64,000 nucleotides of DNA from Chiloscyllium plagiosum (taxonomy: Eukaryota): assembly GCF_004010195.1 (NCBI RefSeq), contig NC_057720.1, positions 21,363,882-21,427,881 of the forward strand. Reading direction: 5' to 3'. The notes beneath the pieces are model-generated. The model did not search any database. It had not been told where the DNA came from and worked only from the letters and a program-made list of their open reading frames with translations. A program made the translations under genes and the position numbers. Positions 37,985 to 50,720 of this stretch are shown piece by piece (position 1 is the stretch's first letter; the number at the start of each line of letters is the position of its first letter).

Positions 37985-38805
37985 TTTAGTCACAGGATGT
38001 TGGTGTCACTGCACAGGCCAGCATTTATTGGCCACCCCCAATTGCTCAGAAGGCATTTAAAAGGCCACCACATTGCTGCAGATCTGCAGTCAAAGGTAGG
38101 CCAGACCAGGTAAGGACAGCAGTTTCCTTCCTGGTGGGCGGCACGGTGGCACAGTGGTTAGCACTGTTGCCTCATAGCGCCAGAGACCCGGGTTCAATTC
38201 CCTCCTCAGGCGACTGACTGTGTGGAGTTTGCACATTCTCCCCGTGTCTGCGTGGGTTTCCTCCGGGTGCTCCGGTTTCCTCCCACAGTCCAAAAATGTG
38301 CAGGTCAGGTGAATTGGCCATGCTAAATTGCCCGTAGTGTTAGGTGCAGGGGTAAATGTAGGGGAATGGGTCTGGGTGGGTTGCGCTTCGGCAGGTCAGT
38401 GTGGACTTGTTGGGCCGAAGGGCCTGTTTCCACACTGTAGGTAATCTAATCTAAAAACATAAGAGTAAACGATGGGTTTTTAAGAGTCATAAAGATCTAC
38501 ACTCTGGAACACGGCTTTTCAGCCCATCAGTCAAGAACAGGCACTTAACTATTCAAATCTCATTTTCCAACACTTGGCCCATAGCCTTGTATATTTTCAT
38601 ATTGCAAGTGCACATCCAAATAACTTTTTCCCCTCAACAATCAACAGCGATTTCATCAACTCCAGAAGACTCCTAATTCCAAATTTGCATAGAATTCCAA
38701 TGCCACCATCTACCTTTGCAGGATTCAAGTAATGGCTACAGAACGTTCCGTGGGTCTAAGGAATAACAGTTGCTCAATAACACCAATAGGCTAACACCTC
38801 CCCTT
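37985..38805 (-). mobile_element. SINE family B split by an HE1 SINE and a CR1 tail fragment (38484-38620)
   Basis: Family B tail and core at 37985-38132, resuming after 38455 and again after 38620 to the head at about 38800. Confidence 0.65.
38136..38455 (+). mobile_element. HE1-type V-SINE, full-length and young
   Basis: GGGCGGCACGGTGGCACAGTGGTTAGC A box, GGTTCAATTCC B box, V-domain core, tail GGGCCGAAGGGCCTGTTTCCACACTG(TAATC)n. CpGs are retained. Confidence 0.95.
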
Positions 38806-41589
38806 ACAGCATGGGTATGAGGCACAGTCTCCTTTAGAGCACTGGCAGCTGTATCTTATGAGCTGATTGAATTCCTCAAAGTATCGTAGTTAGGTGGTAG
38901 TCACATGTAGCCAGTATTTAGTAATATTTTCTGTACAGTCCTGCCAGCTTTACAATGTGTATTTTTGTTCTCAGTGCATATTTTAATCCAGAAATTTCAT
39001 GGTTAATGCAAAGAGGCTAGAGATAAGGGACATTTCTTTGCAGAAACAGAGGGGAGCTGAAGTTGTTTTGTGTGCTTTGTAGAGGCAACATTTGGATCCA
39101 CAAAATATATTGCCGAAAGCTATTTGCTTCAGCACAGCAAGAAGGAATTCCCACTCCACCTGGTGAATGTCTTTTCTAAAGCTATGAAGAGAACCAGGTT
39201 GGGGAATTGATGCTGCTGCAACAGGGCATCTATTGAATAAAACAAGCAATAGGTGGTCTAAAATACAAAGCCTGATCTGCTTCCAATGCACAAGGGCAGT
39301 CGAATCTAGCCTTGTTGAAAATTTTGAGAGCTTTCGAACAATTGTTTGCATGGCAGAGATGCGTGCAGTAGTATACAAGAACACATCTGTGATGCTCCTG
39401 CAGTTTTCCTACTCACTGAGGACTACATTTGCTTTTCCTTTCTGCCCGAATACACCACACCCCACATCACACTGCATAGATCACAGTTAATGTCTTCCCA
39501 TCATTTGGCAAGGCTTTGTAATTGTTGATGTCAAGTCTTCAAATGACTCCATCGATCTAAAAGTTAGCAAAACAATAGGGACAGTTGAAAAATTGCTATG
39601 GCAATATTTGCATAAGGAATGCGAGATATAAATGATATTCCGTGAATATTGATTTCCTCTTTGGCATTCAAGATAGCTTTCTGAATGCAAGTCTCCTCAG
39701 AGCCGTTCGTGCACTGCTGCTGTAGCTTCACCAGATGTTAAGCAGAAACCTTGTTTATCTGCAGCTTTTGCCAAGCCTCTGATAAAGTTATGGATAAAAT
39801 ATATCCCAAGCTAATGTGACTGCTGCAAAAGTACTTTATGTGGGCATACAGTGTTCACGATTTACCCCCCTCAAACTGCAAAGCCTACGAGTTGCTAAAT
39901 TATGACATCTGAATAGGACATATCCACTTTGTGGCTTTCCTAATAGGCTATTTAACATGAAGATCTGCTGCTGATCTTTGCCCTATAACTCAGTTGTCCT
40001 ATTGATCATTCAGCCAGAACGTGATCTGAAACTAAGCTCACTGAAATTAATCAATTTGATTTAATAAGCTGGAAGCCCCTTTCGATAGTTATTTTGAATT
40101 AGAGTTATAAAAAGAAAGCCATGTCTCCAATTTAAACCCTTGGATCTGTGGGCAGGTTAAAAAAAAGAAGCAAACTTATACTTAGAATAAGGCATAAAGA
40201 TGTCTATAGCATTTAGGCTGAACCGTTACCAAGCTGCAATATGAATAAAAGGGAAGGATGAATGACTGAGGTGTAGTACTTAAATCAAATATGTGCCTTT
40301 AAGTACCATGTTAAGCATTTACTAAATAATTTTCAACTTTTGTAGAGCACAAATGATTTCAAGGCGGATGGAAACCTTTAAATGCTCAGACTTATCCACT
40401 CAGAAGATGCACAAATCCTCTGAGAAACAACCCATTGCATTGCTTTCTTTTTACTGTCTTTACCTTTAACTCAATCAGGAAGCCTTCAAGGAAGAATCAC
40501 ATTCTCCAAATAATTTTATTGCTCGCGAGTGCTTTCGTTTCCTTCTCGATGCCATTTTCAGGATGACAGCAGCTTAATCGCCTAAATGGATCCAAGACAG
40601 ACCCTTAACTGCTGATTGCTGTTCAGAAGTTCCGGAGATGATTTCATTTTTTATTTCTGTCACAAATGGTAAAGAATTTCAGCCGGGGAACTAAAACTAC
40701 CTGAATGGAGCAATATTCATTTTGAGTGTGTCCTGCTATTAAACAAAACAGATATTGATGAAGTACATCAATATAGGGTCTGCTATAACAGCTTTATCAT
40801 TGTATGGGAGGACAGATTGTGTCTGTCTGAGGCTGCTCTGGATACTGCAATAAAGACAACAATTGGCTGAGAACAGCTGCAGCTCAGCTTCTCAGTAGTG
40901 TGCAGATATAAAGTAGCGTGCTTTATGAGTCACTAGGGTTTCATTCCATTCTGCAAGTTTCCATTCCATCCCCAGCACTTAACTTAATATTGTAAAAAGA
41001 AAGATGCCATACAATAATAGCTTAAATGAAGAGTTACAATATATATTGATCCCCAGTGCTGAACTATCCCCATAGTGCTACATTTTATAAAACATTATTG
41101 AATATGTCAATATTTTGGGTAGTAATTAAGATTTTTAAAAAACAAATGCAATCACACTGATAGATTCCATGGAAAGAAATGATATTGCTCTTAAAGCAAT
41201 TTTTGAAAATTTTAAGTAAATGTTTTTAAATCGTCTTGCGTTGAATGGTATTTCCAATGGAACAAAAATATATCTTGTAGTTAACAAAATGTAGCCTTGA
41301 TTATACTAACATTGGTATTAAGCAAGAATCCTGGAATCATTCTAAGCAATGCTTTAGTTCCCATAATTGTAATTTAATTCAGGAATAGAACCTCATTATT
41401 CATTTAAAAAATGTAAATAATTTCTAATTAAAAAATTCAATATTTTTAAACACCTCAATACTTTTCAGTTTTTTTTTCATATTAATTGTATGAGCAACAA
41501 GAAACGAGAAACATACAAGTTAGATGTCTGTCACTGATGCTCGTTGATTTATCTCACAATTTTGATTTCAGCTTCCGAAGTAATCTTAA

Positions 41590-41925
41590 CTTTTTTTTAT
41601 TCAGTCACAAGATGAGGGCACTGCAGGCTAGACTGACATTTATTGCCCAACCCTAATTGGCCAGACAGCAGTTAAAAGTGAACCACAGTGTTGTAACCAG
41701 CTAAGGATGGCAGTTTCTGTCCCGAAAGGACATTCGTGAACTACATGGATTTTTCTGACAATTGGTGATGGATTCATGGTCATCATCATCATCTTAATTC
41801 CATATTCTTATTGAATTCAAATTGAATTCATCTACTACAGTGGGATTCAAACCCAGTTCCCCAGATCATTGCCTCAGTCTCTGGATTAACAGTCTAGTGA
41901 TAATACCACAAAGCCATCGTCCACT
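41590..41925 (-). mobile_element. SINE family B
   Basis: Antisense tail CATTTATTGCCCA, core AAAGGACATT.GTGAAC and head GGGATTCAAACCC..CTGGATTA. Confidence 0.75.
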
Positions 41926-44052
41926 CATTAAAACTGTAAGGCTGAATCTTATAATTCTTTTGGATAAGTGTCAGTTTTGTCAGGTTTCTTTGGAGGTTAT
42001 TTTTACTATGAGGCCTAGAGGATCTCTTGCTGTAGTTTATCAAACTTACCTCATTAGCTACCTACCCCACCCTCATGGCACCCCTGTTGCCTGATTGTAG
42101 CCCAATCTAACCAAGTGTCATTCCCAGTTAAACTTGCCAGTCACCAGGCATCTGCTAAAATAAGCTGTGAGCAACCTACTGCTTCTTTTAACTAAATTCT
42201 GGCATTGAGGTATGATTTTCAATAGGGAGTAGCAAATTGACTATTAAAGAAGCTTATTGTTTGTTAATAAGTTTTGTAACTGCACATCTCACTTCATTAA
42301 TAGGCAGCATTTTACCCATTTTAACCATTAAGCGCCCAGAATCCTTGACATGGAAGTCAGAGTGGGTAGCATGGACTTCAGCTTGGTGTGAAAAACCTCC
42401 ATATTACTCAGCATGTTACACCATTGCAAGGTAGGATCCAGTGGAACCAGCCTCCTGCCCACAGATGTTGCATCCGATAATTGTCAACAGCTCAAGATTC
42501 TCATGACATTGCTCCAATCCACTTTCATGATGCTCAGAAAGTACAGAACAGTACAGGCCACACCTGCAACCAGTGATGAAAGGTGGTTACAAGGACACTT
42601 TACACGCACACACTAAGACTGAAGCTAAATGCATGATGGAGACAAGGCCTTGTTATCAACATGTGCATACCTTGCTGTAAGCAGAGCAAGCCACCACTGA
42701 CTGTTCTCAGAGCTAAGAACCTGTTTTGCTCCTTCTGTTTCCATCATTGTTTATTGCCAGTAAGTGTAATGTGCTCAGCTACAGATCGGATATTGGTAAC
42801 CATGGCTGTCTTCCTAACAAGGTGAAGATGGATGCTCGAGGATCAGGGCTTTTCATAATCTACTGTAATATTGCCTCGTCACTTGGTGCCAACTTTTAAC
42901 GTATAAAATATCTGTGAGTCAGTATGGGACATTTTAAAGCATTAAGGATACTACATAAGTACAAATTGTTGTTGCAATATATCTTGCTGCCATGTATAGA
43001 TGTTGACGTTAAGAAGGACTATTTGAATATACAAAATGGAATTCACTTGGTGCTAATATTTTTGAATCATAGGGGAATGAACAAATTGCTTTTACTAATA
43101 ACAAAATAAAGACTCAGGCATTAGGTATTATTTACTTCAACAGAACTAATGCTGCAGGAATTTTAAAGGAAATTCTGAGCCTTATTTTGTATTTCCTCCA
43201 AGTGTTGGTGAGACATTAATCCCTGAGCCGTAAGAGACTTGTGCTGAATTGCTGGCACAATGACAGTCTTAAAATATAAGAGGCAGTGGAAACTCTGCCA
43301 ACTTGACTTATTGGTCCCACTAATTTTCAACAAGTCAAGCAGCAATGGCCCTAGCAGATCAGTCAACAGACTGGTGCCATTAACATTTTTGAACATATGT
43401 GGATTTAAATGACTTTTCAAGAAGAGTTATAATTCATTTTAAGAACAGTTATCCCCTTAAGCATGAAAATAACAGAAAAGAAATAACTTGATGTGATCTT
43501 ATTGAATCCAACAGTAGTGTTTAAAATGAAGATTCAATAATGAACATTAGAAAATATACCAAAAGAAAGGCCATTTGACCGATTAAAGTCAATTCCAATT
43601 AGAGGCTATGCGCAATCTGCAATATCAAGGATGTTACCAAATATATTCTGCCTCCAAAGACAAAGCAATGACTCACAGTCAAAAACCCAAAGAAATGAAA
43701 TTTTCTCCACTTCCCTCTTCGGCAATCCATTTGAACTCCAGGATATCAGAGTAAACATTACTTAATATTGTTACAGGTTAAATTTCAATGACCTCAACAG
43801 AAATAGGTATCACTACATTCAGTGGTCATGGCTCATTATTACTCTTATCATCTTCATTCGGAAATAGGTGTTCATCCAGCTTACTTTTAAAGAAGAAAAT
43901 TTACACAATGTGAGGAGTTTTATTTGGTAACTCCTTCCACATGCTTATTACTGAATTTTGTAAACTTTAGTCTCTCACACCACTTGCTAATTTCACATTA
44001 ATTGCCTTTAGTAATTTACTGGTGAACTTCCTTCATTTGTATTGATACTTGT

Positions 44053-44270
44053 GGGCGGCATGGTGGCACAGTGGTTAGCACTGCTGCCTCACAGCGCCAG
44101 AGACCCGGGTTCAAACAGTCCAAAGATGTGCAGGGTCAGGTGAATTGGCCATACTAAATTGCCCGTAGTGTTAGGTAAGGAGTAAATGTAGGGGTATGGG
44201 TGGGTTTCGCTTCGGCGGGTCGGTGTGGACTTGGTGGGCCGAAGGGCCTGTTTCCACACTGTAATCTAAT
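44053..44270 (+). mobile_element. HE1-type SINE with ~87-bp internal deletion
   Basis: Jumps GGTTCAA|ACAGTCC at 44114/44115. CTTGT flanks at 44048-44052 and 44271-44275. Confidence 0.9.
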
Positions 44271-44354
44271 CTTGTTAAGTATATGAAGTTTACAATATTT
44301 AAATGATGGCAATATCACTGATGATGTATATGAAATGCTAGTCAAACATTGATG

Positions 44355-44460
44355 AATTTCTGAAGAAGAGTCACTGGTCCGGAAATGTTAATCCTGCGTT
44401 CTCTCTACAGATGTTGCCAGAACAGCTGACTTTTTCCAGCAATTTCTGTTTTTATTTTTT
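44355..44460 (+). mobile_element. Short Penelope pseudo-LTR (P2) with degenerate hammerhead
   Basis: CTGAAGAAGAGTCACTGGTCCGGAAATGTTAA..CAGATGTTGCCAG..TTTTCCAGCAATTTCTG. Confidence 0.7.
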
Positions 44461-44580
44461 ATGTATGGCAGATATCCCTGAATTTTATTAGTCATCATGA
44501 TAGCCTTTTATACCAGGAATACATTAATTTGATACCTTCAGCATGATTATTAAAGCAGACACATAACTAGGCTTTATTAA

Positions 44581-44700
44581 CTCCAGGATTTTGACCTGGT
44601 GACAGTGAAGGAAGGGCAAAATATTTCCAAGTCAGGATGTTTAGTGGCTTGGAGGGGAACGTGCAGGTGATGGCATTTCCATGCATCTGCTGCCCTTGTC
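44581..44700 (-). mobile_element. Fragment of a second LINE (CR1/L2 group), same family as 63750-63962
   Basis: ATATTTCCAAGTCAGGATG..GTGGCTTGGA.GGGAAC shared with 63920-63961. Confidence 0.65.
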
Positions 44701-44703
44701 AAC

Positions 44704-44860
44704 GAGTCATAATGATGTGCAGCATGGAAACAGACCCTTCAGTCCAACCCATCCATGCCGACCAAATAGCCTAAACGAGTCCAGTCCCATTTGCCAGCAC
44801 TTGATTCTCGTCCCTCTAAACCCTTCCTATTTACATACACATCCGGATGCCTTTTAAATA
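44704..44860 (-). mobile_element. CR1/HER1-like 3' tail, head-to-head with the next CR1
   Basis: GAGTCATA..CAGCATGGAAACAGACCCTTC..ATGCCTTTTAAAT. Confidence 0.85.
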
Positions 44861-46873
44861 CGTTAAGGACAAAAGGGTAACTAGGGAGACAATAGGGCCC
44901 CTCATAGATCAACAAGGCAGCTGATGTGTGGAGCCACAGGACATGGGGGAGATACTAAATGAGTACTTTCATTAGATTAAATTAGATTAAATTATCTACA
45001 GTGTGGAAACAGGCCCTTTGGCCTAACACTGAACATCTGAAGAGTAACCCACCCAAACTCCTTTCCTCCTGACTAATGCACCTAACACTATGGGGCAATT
45101 TACCATGGCCAATTCACCTGACCTGTACATCTTTGGACTGTGGGAGGAAACTGGAGCACCTGGAGGAAACCCACGCAGACACGGCAGTCACCCAAGGCTG
45201 GAATCAAATCTGGGTCGCTGGTGCTGTGAGGCAGCAGTGCTAACCACTGAGCCACCGTGCCACATCAGAGTTTACTGTGGAGAAGGACATGGAAAATATG
45301 GAATTTGGGGAAATAAATGATGACATCTTGAAAAATGTCCATATTTCAGAGGAGGAGGTGCTGGATTTCTTCAAATGCATAAAAGTGGATAAATCCCCAG
45401 GACCTGATCTGGTGTACCCCAGAAGTCTGTGAGGAGCTAGGGAAGTGATTGATGGGTCCCTTGCTGAGATATTTGTATCATCGATAGTCACAGGTAATGA
45501 TAAGTCTGAGATCAATGGTCGTCAAGTTGTTGGGAGGGAATCCTGAGGGACAGGGTATACATGTATTTGGAAAGGCAAAGACTGATTAGGAATAGTCAGC
45601 ATGGCTCTGTGCATGGGAAATCATGTCTCACAAACTTGATTGAGGTTTTTGAAGAAGTAACGAAAAGGATTGATGAGAGTAGAGGAGTGAAAGTGATCTA
45701 TATGAACTTCATAAGGTATTTGACAAGGTTCCTCATGAGAGACTGGTTAGCAAGGTTAGATCTCATGAAAAACAGGGAGAACTAGTCATCCAGATACAGA
45801 ACTGGCTCGAAGGTAGAAGACAGAGGGTGATATGGAGGGTTGTTTTTCAGACTGGAGGGCTGTGGCCAATGGTATGCCACAAGGATTGGTGGTGGGACCA
45901 CTACTTTTTGTCATTTATATAAATGATTTGAATGTGAACATAAGAGCAATAGTTAATAAGTTTGCAGATGATGCCAAAATTGGGCATGTATTGGATAGTG
46001 AAGAAGGTTACTTCAGATTACAACAGGATCTTGATCAGATGGGCCAATGGTCTGAGGAGTGGAAGATGGAGATTAATTTAGATAAATGCGAAGTGTTGCA
46101 TTTTGGAAAAGCAAATCAGAGTGAGACTTATACACTTAATGGTAAGGTCCTAGGGAGTGTTGCTGAACAAAGAGACCTTGGAGTGCATGTTCATAGTTCC
46201 TTGAAAGTAGTTGCAGGGAGATAGAACAGTGAAGAAGATGATATGCTTTCCATTATTGGTCAGAGCATTGCGTATAGGAGTTGGGAGGTCATATTATGGC
46301 AGTACAGGTTAAACCACTTTTGGAATATTGCGTGCAATTCTGGTCACCTTCCTATCGGAAGGATGTTGTGAAACCTGAAAGGGTTCAGAAAGAATTTACA
46401 AAGATATTGCCACGGTTGAAGGATTTGAGCTATAGGGAGAAGCTGAATAGTTTGGGGCTATTTTCCCCGAAGCATTGGAGGGTGAGGGGTGACCTTATAA
46501 AGATTTATAAAATCATGAAAGACATGGATAGGATAAATAGACAAAGTCTTTTCCCTGAGGTGGGGGAGTGCAGAACTAGAGGGCATAGGTTCAGGGTGAG
46601 AGGGAAAAGATATAAAAGGGACTTGAGGGGCAACTTTTTCATGCAGAGAGTTGTGCATGTATGGAATGATCTGCCAGAGGAAGTAGTGTAGGGTGGGCAA
46701 TTACAGCATTTAAAAGGCATTTCGAGGGCTATATGAATAGGAAGGATTTAGAGGGATATGGGCCAAGTGCTGGCAAATGGGAGTAGATTAGGTTAGGATA
46801 TCTGGTCAGCATGGACAAGTTGAACCGAAGGGCCCATTTCCGTGCTGTACACCTCTATGACCCTATGACTCTA
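44861..46873 (+). mobile_element. CR1/HER1-like LINE 3' ~2 kb (RT domain), frameshifted, with nested HE1
   Basis: KVDKSPGPD, NGMPQGLVVGPLLFVIYINDL..KFADDAK, PLLEYCVQFWSP, WNDLPEEVV. Tail CTCTATGACCCTATGACTCT. Confidence 0.95.
44971..45263 (-). mobile_element. HE1-type V-SINE inside CR1
   Basis: Antisense head GCAGCAGTGCTAACCACTGAGCCACCGTGCC and ATTAG tail repeats. Confidence 0.9.
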
Positions 46874-46980
46874 AGACAGAAGTACGGTGAACCTTTAATC
46901 TCTAGCTCAGTAGGAGAAGTGCAAAAATACAAGGCAAGGTGGAGATGCTGTGAGAATCCAAATAGGAGCAAAGTGAGTGA

Positions 46981-47131
46981 TGAGTTGTGAGGACTCCAGA
47001 TGCTGGAGATCAGAATCGAGAGTGTGATGCTGGAAAAGCACAGCAGGTCATGCAGCATCCAAGGAGCAGGAGAATCGATGTTTCAGACATAAGTCCTTCA
47101 TCAGGAATGAGGCAGAATGTGCTTTTCCAGT
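46981..47131 (-). mobile_element. Short Penelope pseudo-LTR insertion (P1), 14-bp TSD, short inverted tag
   Basis: AGCAAAGTGAGTGA at 46967-46980 and 47132-47145. Inverted TGTGCTTTTCCAG at about 47118-47130. Confidence 0.85.
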
Positions 47132-47149
47132 AGCAAAGTGAGTGAGGGG

Positions 47150-47755
47150 TAAGAGAGCAAGTGAGGAGCCCTGGGATGCAGTCTGGTCCAATCCGTGAGA
47201 TTGGTCCCTTTTCTTGTAAAGTAGCCTGGCAGCAGCATTATAATGGTAAATGCCAGGGCATTCCAAGCACTGAGGTACACTACTGTATTGTAAGTGGATC
47301 AGAGATGTGCCATGAGGCTGCAGAGAGGTTGGCAAGTTTCCAGTACCAATATCTGTAGATCGAAGCAGTGAGCAGATGCTTCCTATGGAACATGCCTTCA
47401 TACATTAGTGACCACTGCCCAAGATTGAGGTTTGAAAGAGCAAGTGGTGAGTTGGAGTCACCAGGTATCCATTCCTTTCGGGAATTGTCACCATTTCTAT
47501 CCGGCAGGTGAGAGAATGGAAGGCTGCATAGCAATGAGGCATAGTTAGGTAATAATGGCATGCTAATGGAGACAATTGATGCAAATAGGCCTCTCCAGTT
47601 CACAAGTGATATTTTCATGCACCGTTCAACACTAGGTTGGTGAATCGGACTTGATCTTCTCAATATTGGGAATTTCATTTCTGTTGATCTCACCCTATTT
47701 TCTCAACTGTCTGGCCCTTGCCCATGTTGATCGGGGCTAGGAAGATTCCACTATA
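47150..47755. mobile_element. Degenerate dispersed repeat, probably DNA-transposon (Harbinger-like) derived
   Basis: Colinear similarity with 57100-57735 (GGCAGCAGCATTA, GCAAATAGGCCTCT, TTGCCCATGT..GGAAGATTCCA). Confidence 0.5.
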
Positions 47756-48441
47756 AAATTCCACTAGAATCCAAATCCAGCTAATTTAGATTATTAACAT
47801 TTCCTAATTAACAATGCTGGAGCAATACTCTGTTACTGTGTTGAGATGTTTTTAAGTAACTTTGTTCCACTTTACCTCAGCAGATAGGTTCCATATCATT
47901 GCCACAACTCTGTCATAACTTCTCAATGGAAGTCTATCTTTGTCTTGGGGCCTAAATTAATAGTTCAGCTATTTAGTTCAGTTGAGAATTGTTTTGTCTT
48001 CTTTTTGGCCTCATTTATAATTATTGTTTCTCTGCTTCAAATCTGCATGACTGTATCTCATTGTTCAGTCTTCTCTTCACAGCTCAACAACTCTGATATT
48101 CAGTCTTGGCAAAGGGTGAGGTTTAAAGGCAGGATATTCATGATACCATCAGCTAGTGTGGAAATTGAATCCACATTGTTGGCTGAAGAGCCTGTAGGGA
48201 TGGTAACTAAACTAGAAAACAAAACTTCCACCCTTATTTGGTTCCGTATAACTCTGTTCCTTCCCTGTTCATGTAACTATCCCGATACTGCTTATATGTA
48301 ATCAACATGCCTACTTCCATCACCTCTTTTAGCAGTGCATTCCAGGCTCCTACCACTCTCTGTGTGAAAAACTTCCCTCACCCATCTCCCTTAAACATTC
48401 CCCCTCTCACCTTGAACCTGTGCCCCATTGTAATTGTAATT

Positions 48442-48704
48442 CCTAGAAGCATGGCACTCATCCACAAACTCCATCAACAAACACATCGACCTGGACCCAA
48501 TATACCGGCCACTACAGCGGACAGCTGAAACTGACAACCGGAAGCGGCAGGGACAGGCCACTATAAATGCCGGAGGAAACACCACAGAAGCGCTTCACAG
48601 GAGGCTCCCAAGCACTGAGGATGTCACCTAGACAAAAACTTCCAGCTCAGCGAACAGAACCACAGCAACGAGCACCCGAGCTACAAATCTTCTCACAAAC
48701 TTTG
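48442..48704 (+). mobile_element. Penelope (Poseidon-type) 3' end insertion (lineage P4), 10-bp TSD, inside a CR1 fragment (48300-48440, minus)
   Basis: FLEAWHSSTNSINKHIDLDPIYRPL endonuclease C-terminus. AATTGTAATT at 48432-48441 and 48705-48714. Only a hammerhead 5' half (CTGAGGA, about 48615) remains. Confidence 0.75.
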
Positions 48705-49254
48705 AATTGTAATTGAAACTTCAACATTGGGTAAAAAAACAGGGTTGAAGTTTACTAGAGGTTTGTCTTATGATTTTGTATAGTATTACCTCTAGCTGAT
48801 CAAATATATGTCCATCACTCAAGATAGCCACAGTCTGCTCAATGTCAAGTTTTTAGGATATGGGTTTTCATTTGAATAGTGCAAGACTGATGTAAAACAA
48901 AATTAATTGTTTTTTGAATGAGATGGTCTTTGTGTACACAAACTAAAATCCAATTCAGAACTGTCCCATGTGTCATTATATTAAGCTAATTTGATGGAAT
49001 TCAGTTGTAGTGAAGAGTTTTCCATGCCAAATACAACTCATGGTCACAAACATATATATATATCCATCAATGGTACCAATTAGCAGTAATGACTTAGCAC
49101 AAGGGAGTTGAAGGAGTTAGGTATCTTTGTTATGGCTAAGGGGATCAAAGGGTGCTGAATGGAATGCTGCGCCATAATCATATTGAATGGTGGAGCAGGT
49201 TTGAAAGACTGAATGGCCTACTTTCTATGTTTCTATGCCCTATTTTTCTGTGTT

Positions 49255-49745
49255 TTCCTACATCCTAAATGGCTGCCTCAGACTATGTCCTCTGGTTCTA
49301 GACAATGTAACTAGGAAAAACGTCCTTCCTGCATTTCATCTGTCCAGTCCTGTGAGCATCCCATACTTTTCAATCAGATTTCCTCTCATCCTTTCTAAAC
49401 TGAAGTGACTATAGGAGACAGTGATTCCTGATGAAGGGCTCCAGCCCAAAACGTCGATTTTCCTGCTCCGTGGATGCTGTCTGGCCTGCTATGCTTTTCC
49501 TGCAACACACTCTCAACTGTAGTGAATATAGACACAATCAAACTAATCTTTCCTCATAGGACAGTTCTGCCATCCCCAGTATCAGCCTAGAGACCCCTGC
49601 TGCACTCCCACTATGGGCACTTATGTTCTTCCTTAGATAGGGAGACCTAAGCTTCACACAATACTCCAGGTATGGCCTCACCAATGTCCTACATAATTGC
49701 CCATAAGTCATCTCTACTTCCAAACTCAAATCTTCTTGCAATGCT
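49255..49745 (-). mobile_element. CR1 fragment with nested P1 insertion (49415-49514)
   Basis: RTLVRPYLEYCVKLRSPYLRK. The nested insert is flanked by AACTGAAGTGACTATAG at 49398-49414 and AACTGTAGTGAATATAG at 49515-49531. Confidence 0.8.
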
Positions 49746-49769
49746 GGAGAGTTGCATGATAGAATCAAG

Positions 49770-50720
49770 ATCCAAGATAGCCCTTGTCTTCCAGAAGCCA
49801 TGCATCCAGGCCCTGAAATGAAATATGGGAATCTTCAGTGGTATAGGCACCTTGGCAGCCCCCAAGGGGAACTGGCACAGATTTCCACAGTTTGGTATCA
49901 ATGATCACACGGATGGACTGGAATCGTTTTTGTTGAGAGTCAGCTGGGCTATGATATGGTGCTCTCAATATGACATGTGTGTGGTCTATAGTACTTTGCA
50001 CTTGGGAGCAGCCAGCTGCCTTGGCAAAGCTCACTGCCCAGTTTGCAGCTCTGACTTTAGCACAGGGAAGCAAGATGAAGTGGTCTGATTTTGGATTAGA
50101 TTAGATTCCCTACAGTTTGGAAACAGGCACTTCGGACCAACAAGTCCACACCCACCCTCCGAAGAGTAACCCTACCCAGCCCCATTTCCCCTCTGACTAA
50201 TGCACCTAACACTATGGGCAATTTCGCATGGCCAATTCACCTGACCTGTGCATCTTTGGATTGTGGGAGGAAACCCACGCAGACATGGGGAGAATGTGCA
50301 AACTCCACACAGACAGACACCCAAGGCAGGAATCGAACCCGGTCCCTGGTGCTTGACGTAACAGTGCTAACCACTGAGCCACTGTGCCACCCCATTTGTC
50401 ATGAGTCACATTGGAACAGCTTTGATATATATGTGTGTTGAGGATTGAGAGATCCCACACAGGTCTGCATGTGAAAGCAGCCAGTTGCAAAAACGTTACT
50501 GCAGATATCACCAAGCTGGTCACAGGAATAGATGGGCACCAACTTTTTAGGCCACAGTTTCTGCTTCAGCTGCTGGCATAGTTTTGTGATGGTAACCTGA
50601 AACATCCTCAGTCTACAGCAACACTGCACCTTAACGCATCTGGAGTAAATGGCATGGAGGATGGTAGACTCTGGGTCCTGTACCATATCTGCATCCTGAG
50701 GGGACCATAACATGTATCCT
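49770..50720 (-). pseudogene. PIF/Harbinger (HARBI1-like) DDE transposase remnant, split by HE1
   Basis: CCRLRMFQVTITKLC..NVFATGCF (N-terminal region), FAKAAGCSQVQSTIDHTHVILRAP..KRFQSI and WLLEDKGY match Harbinger motifs GAIDCTH..KGFHS..WLLGD.GY. Frameshifted. Confidence 0.75.
50094..50392 (-). mobile_element. HE1-type V-SINE
   Basis: Antisense HE1 with (GATTA)n tail. Confidence 0.9.

Noticed and set aside
38136..38210. tRNA gene (A and B boxes)
   Set aside because: It is the tRNA-derived head of an HE1 SINE, continuing into the SINE core and LINE-like tail. The same applies to the other copies.
38983..39384. 133-aa ORF in unique sequence
   Set aside because: No recognisable domain or convincing splice signals, and the length is compatible with chance.
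49765..50073. Host HARBI1 gene
   Set aside because: Frameshifted, motif-degraded and split by a SINE, consistent with a transposon fossil and not the domesticated gene.
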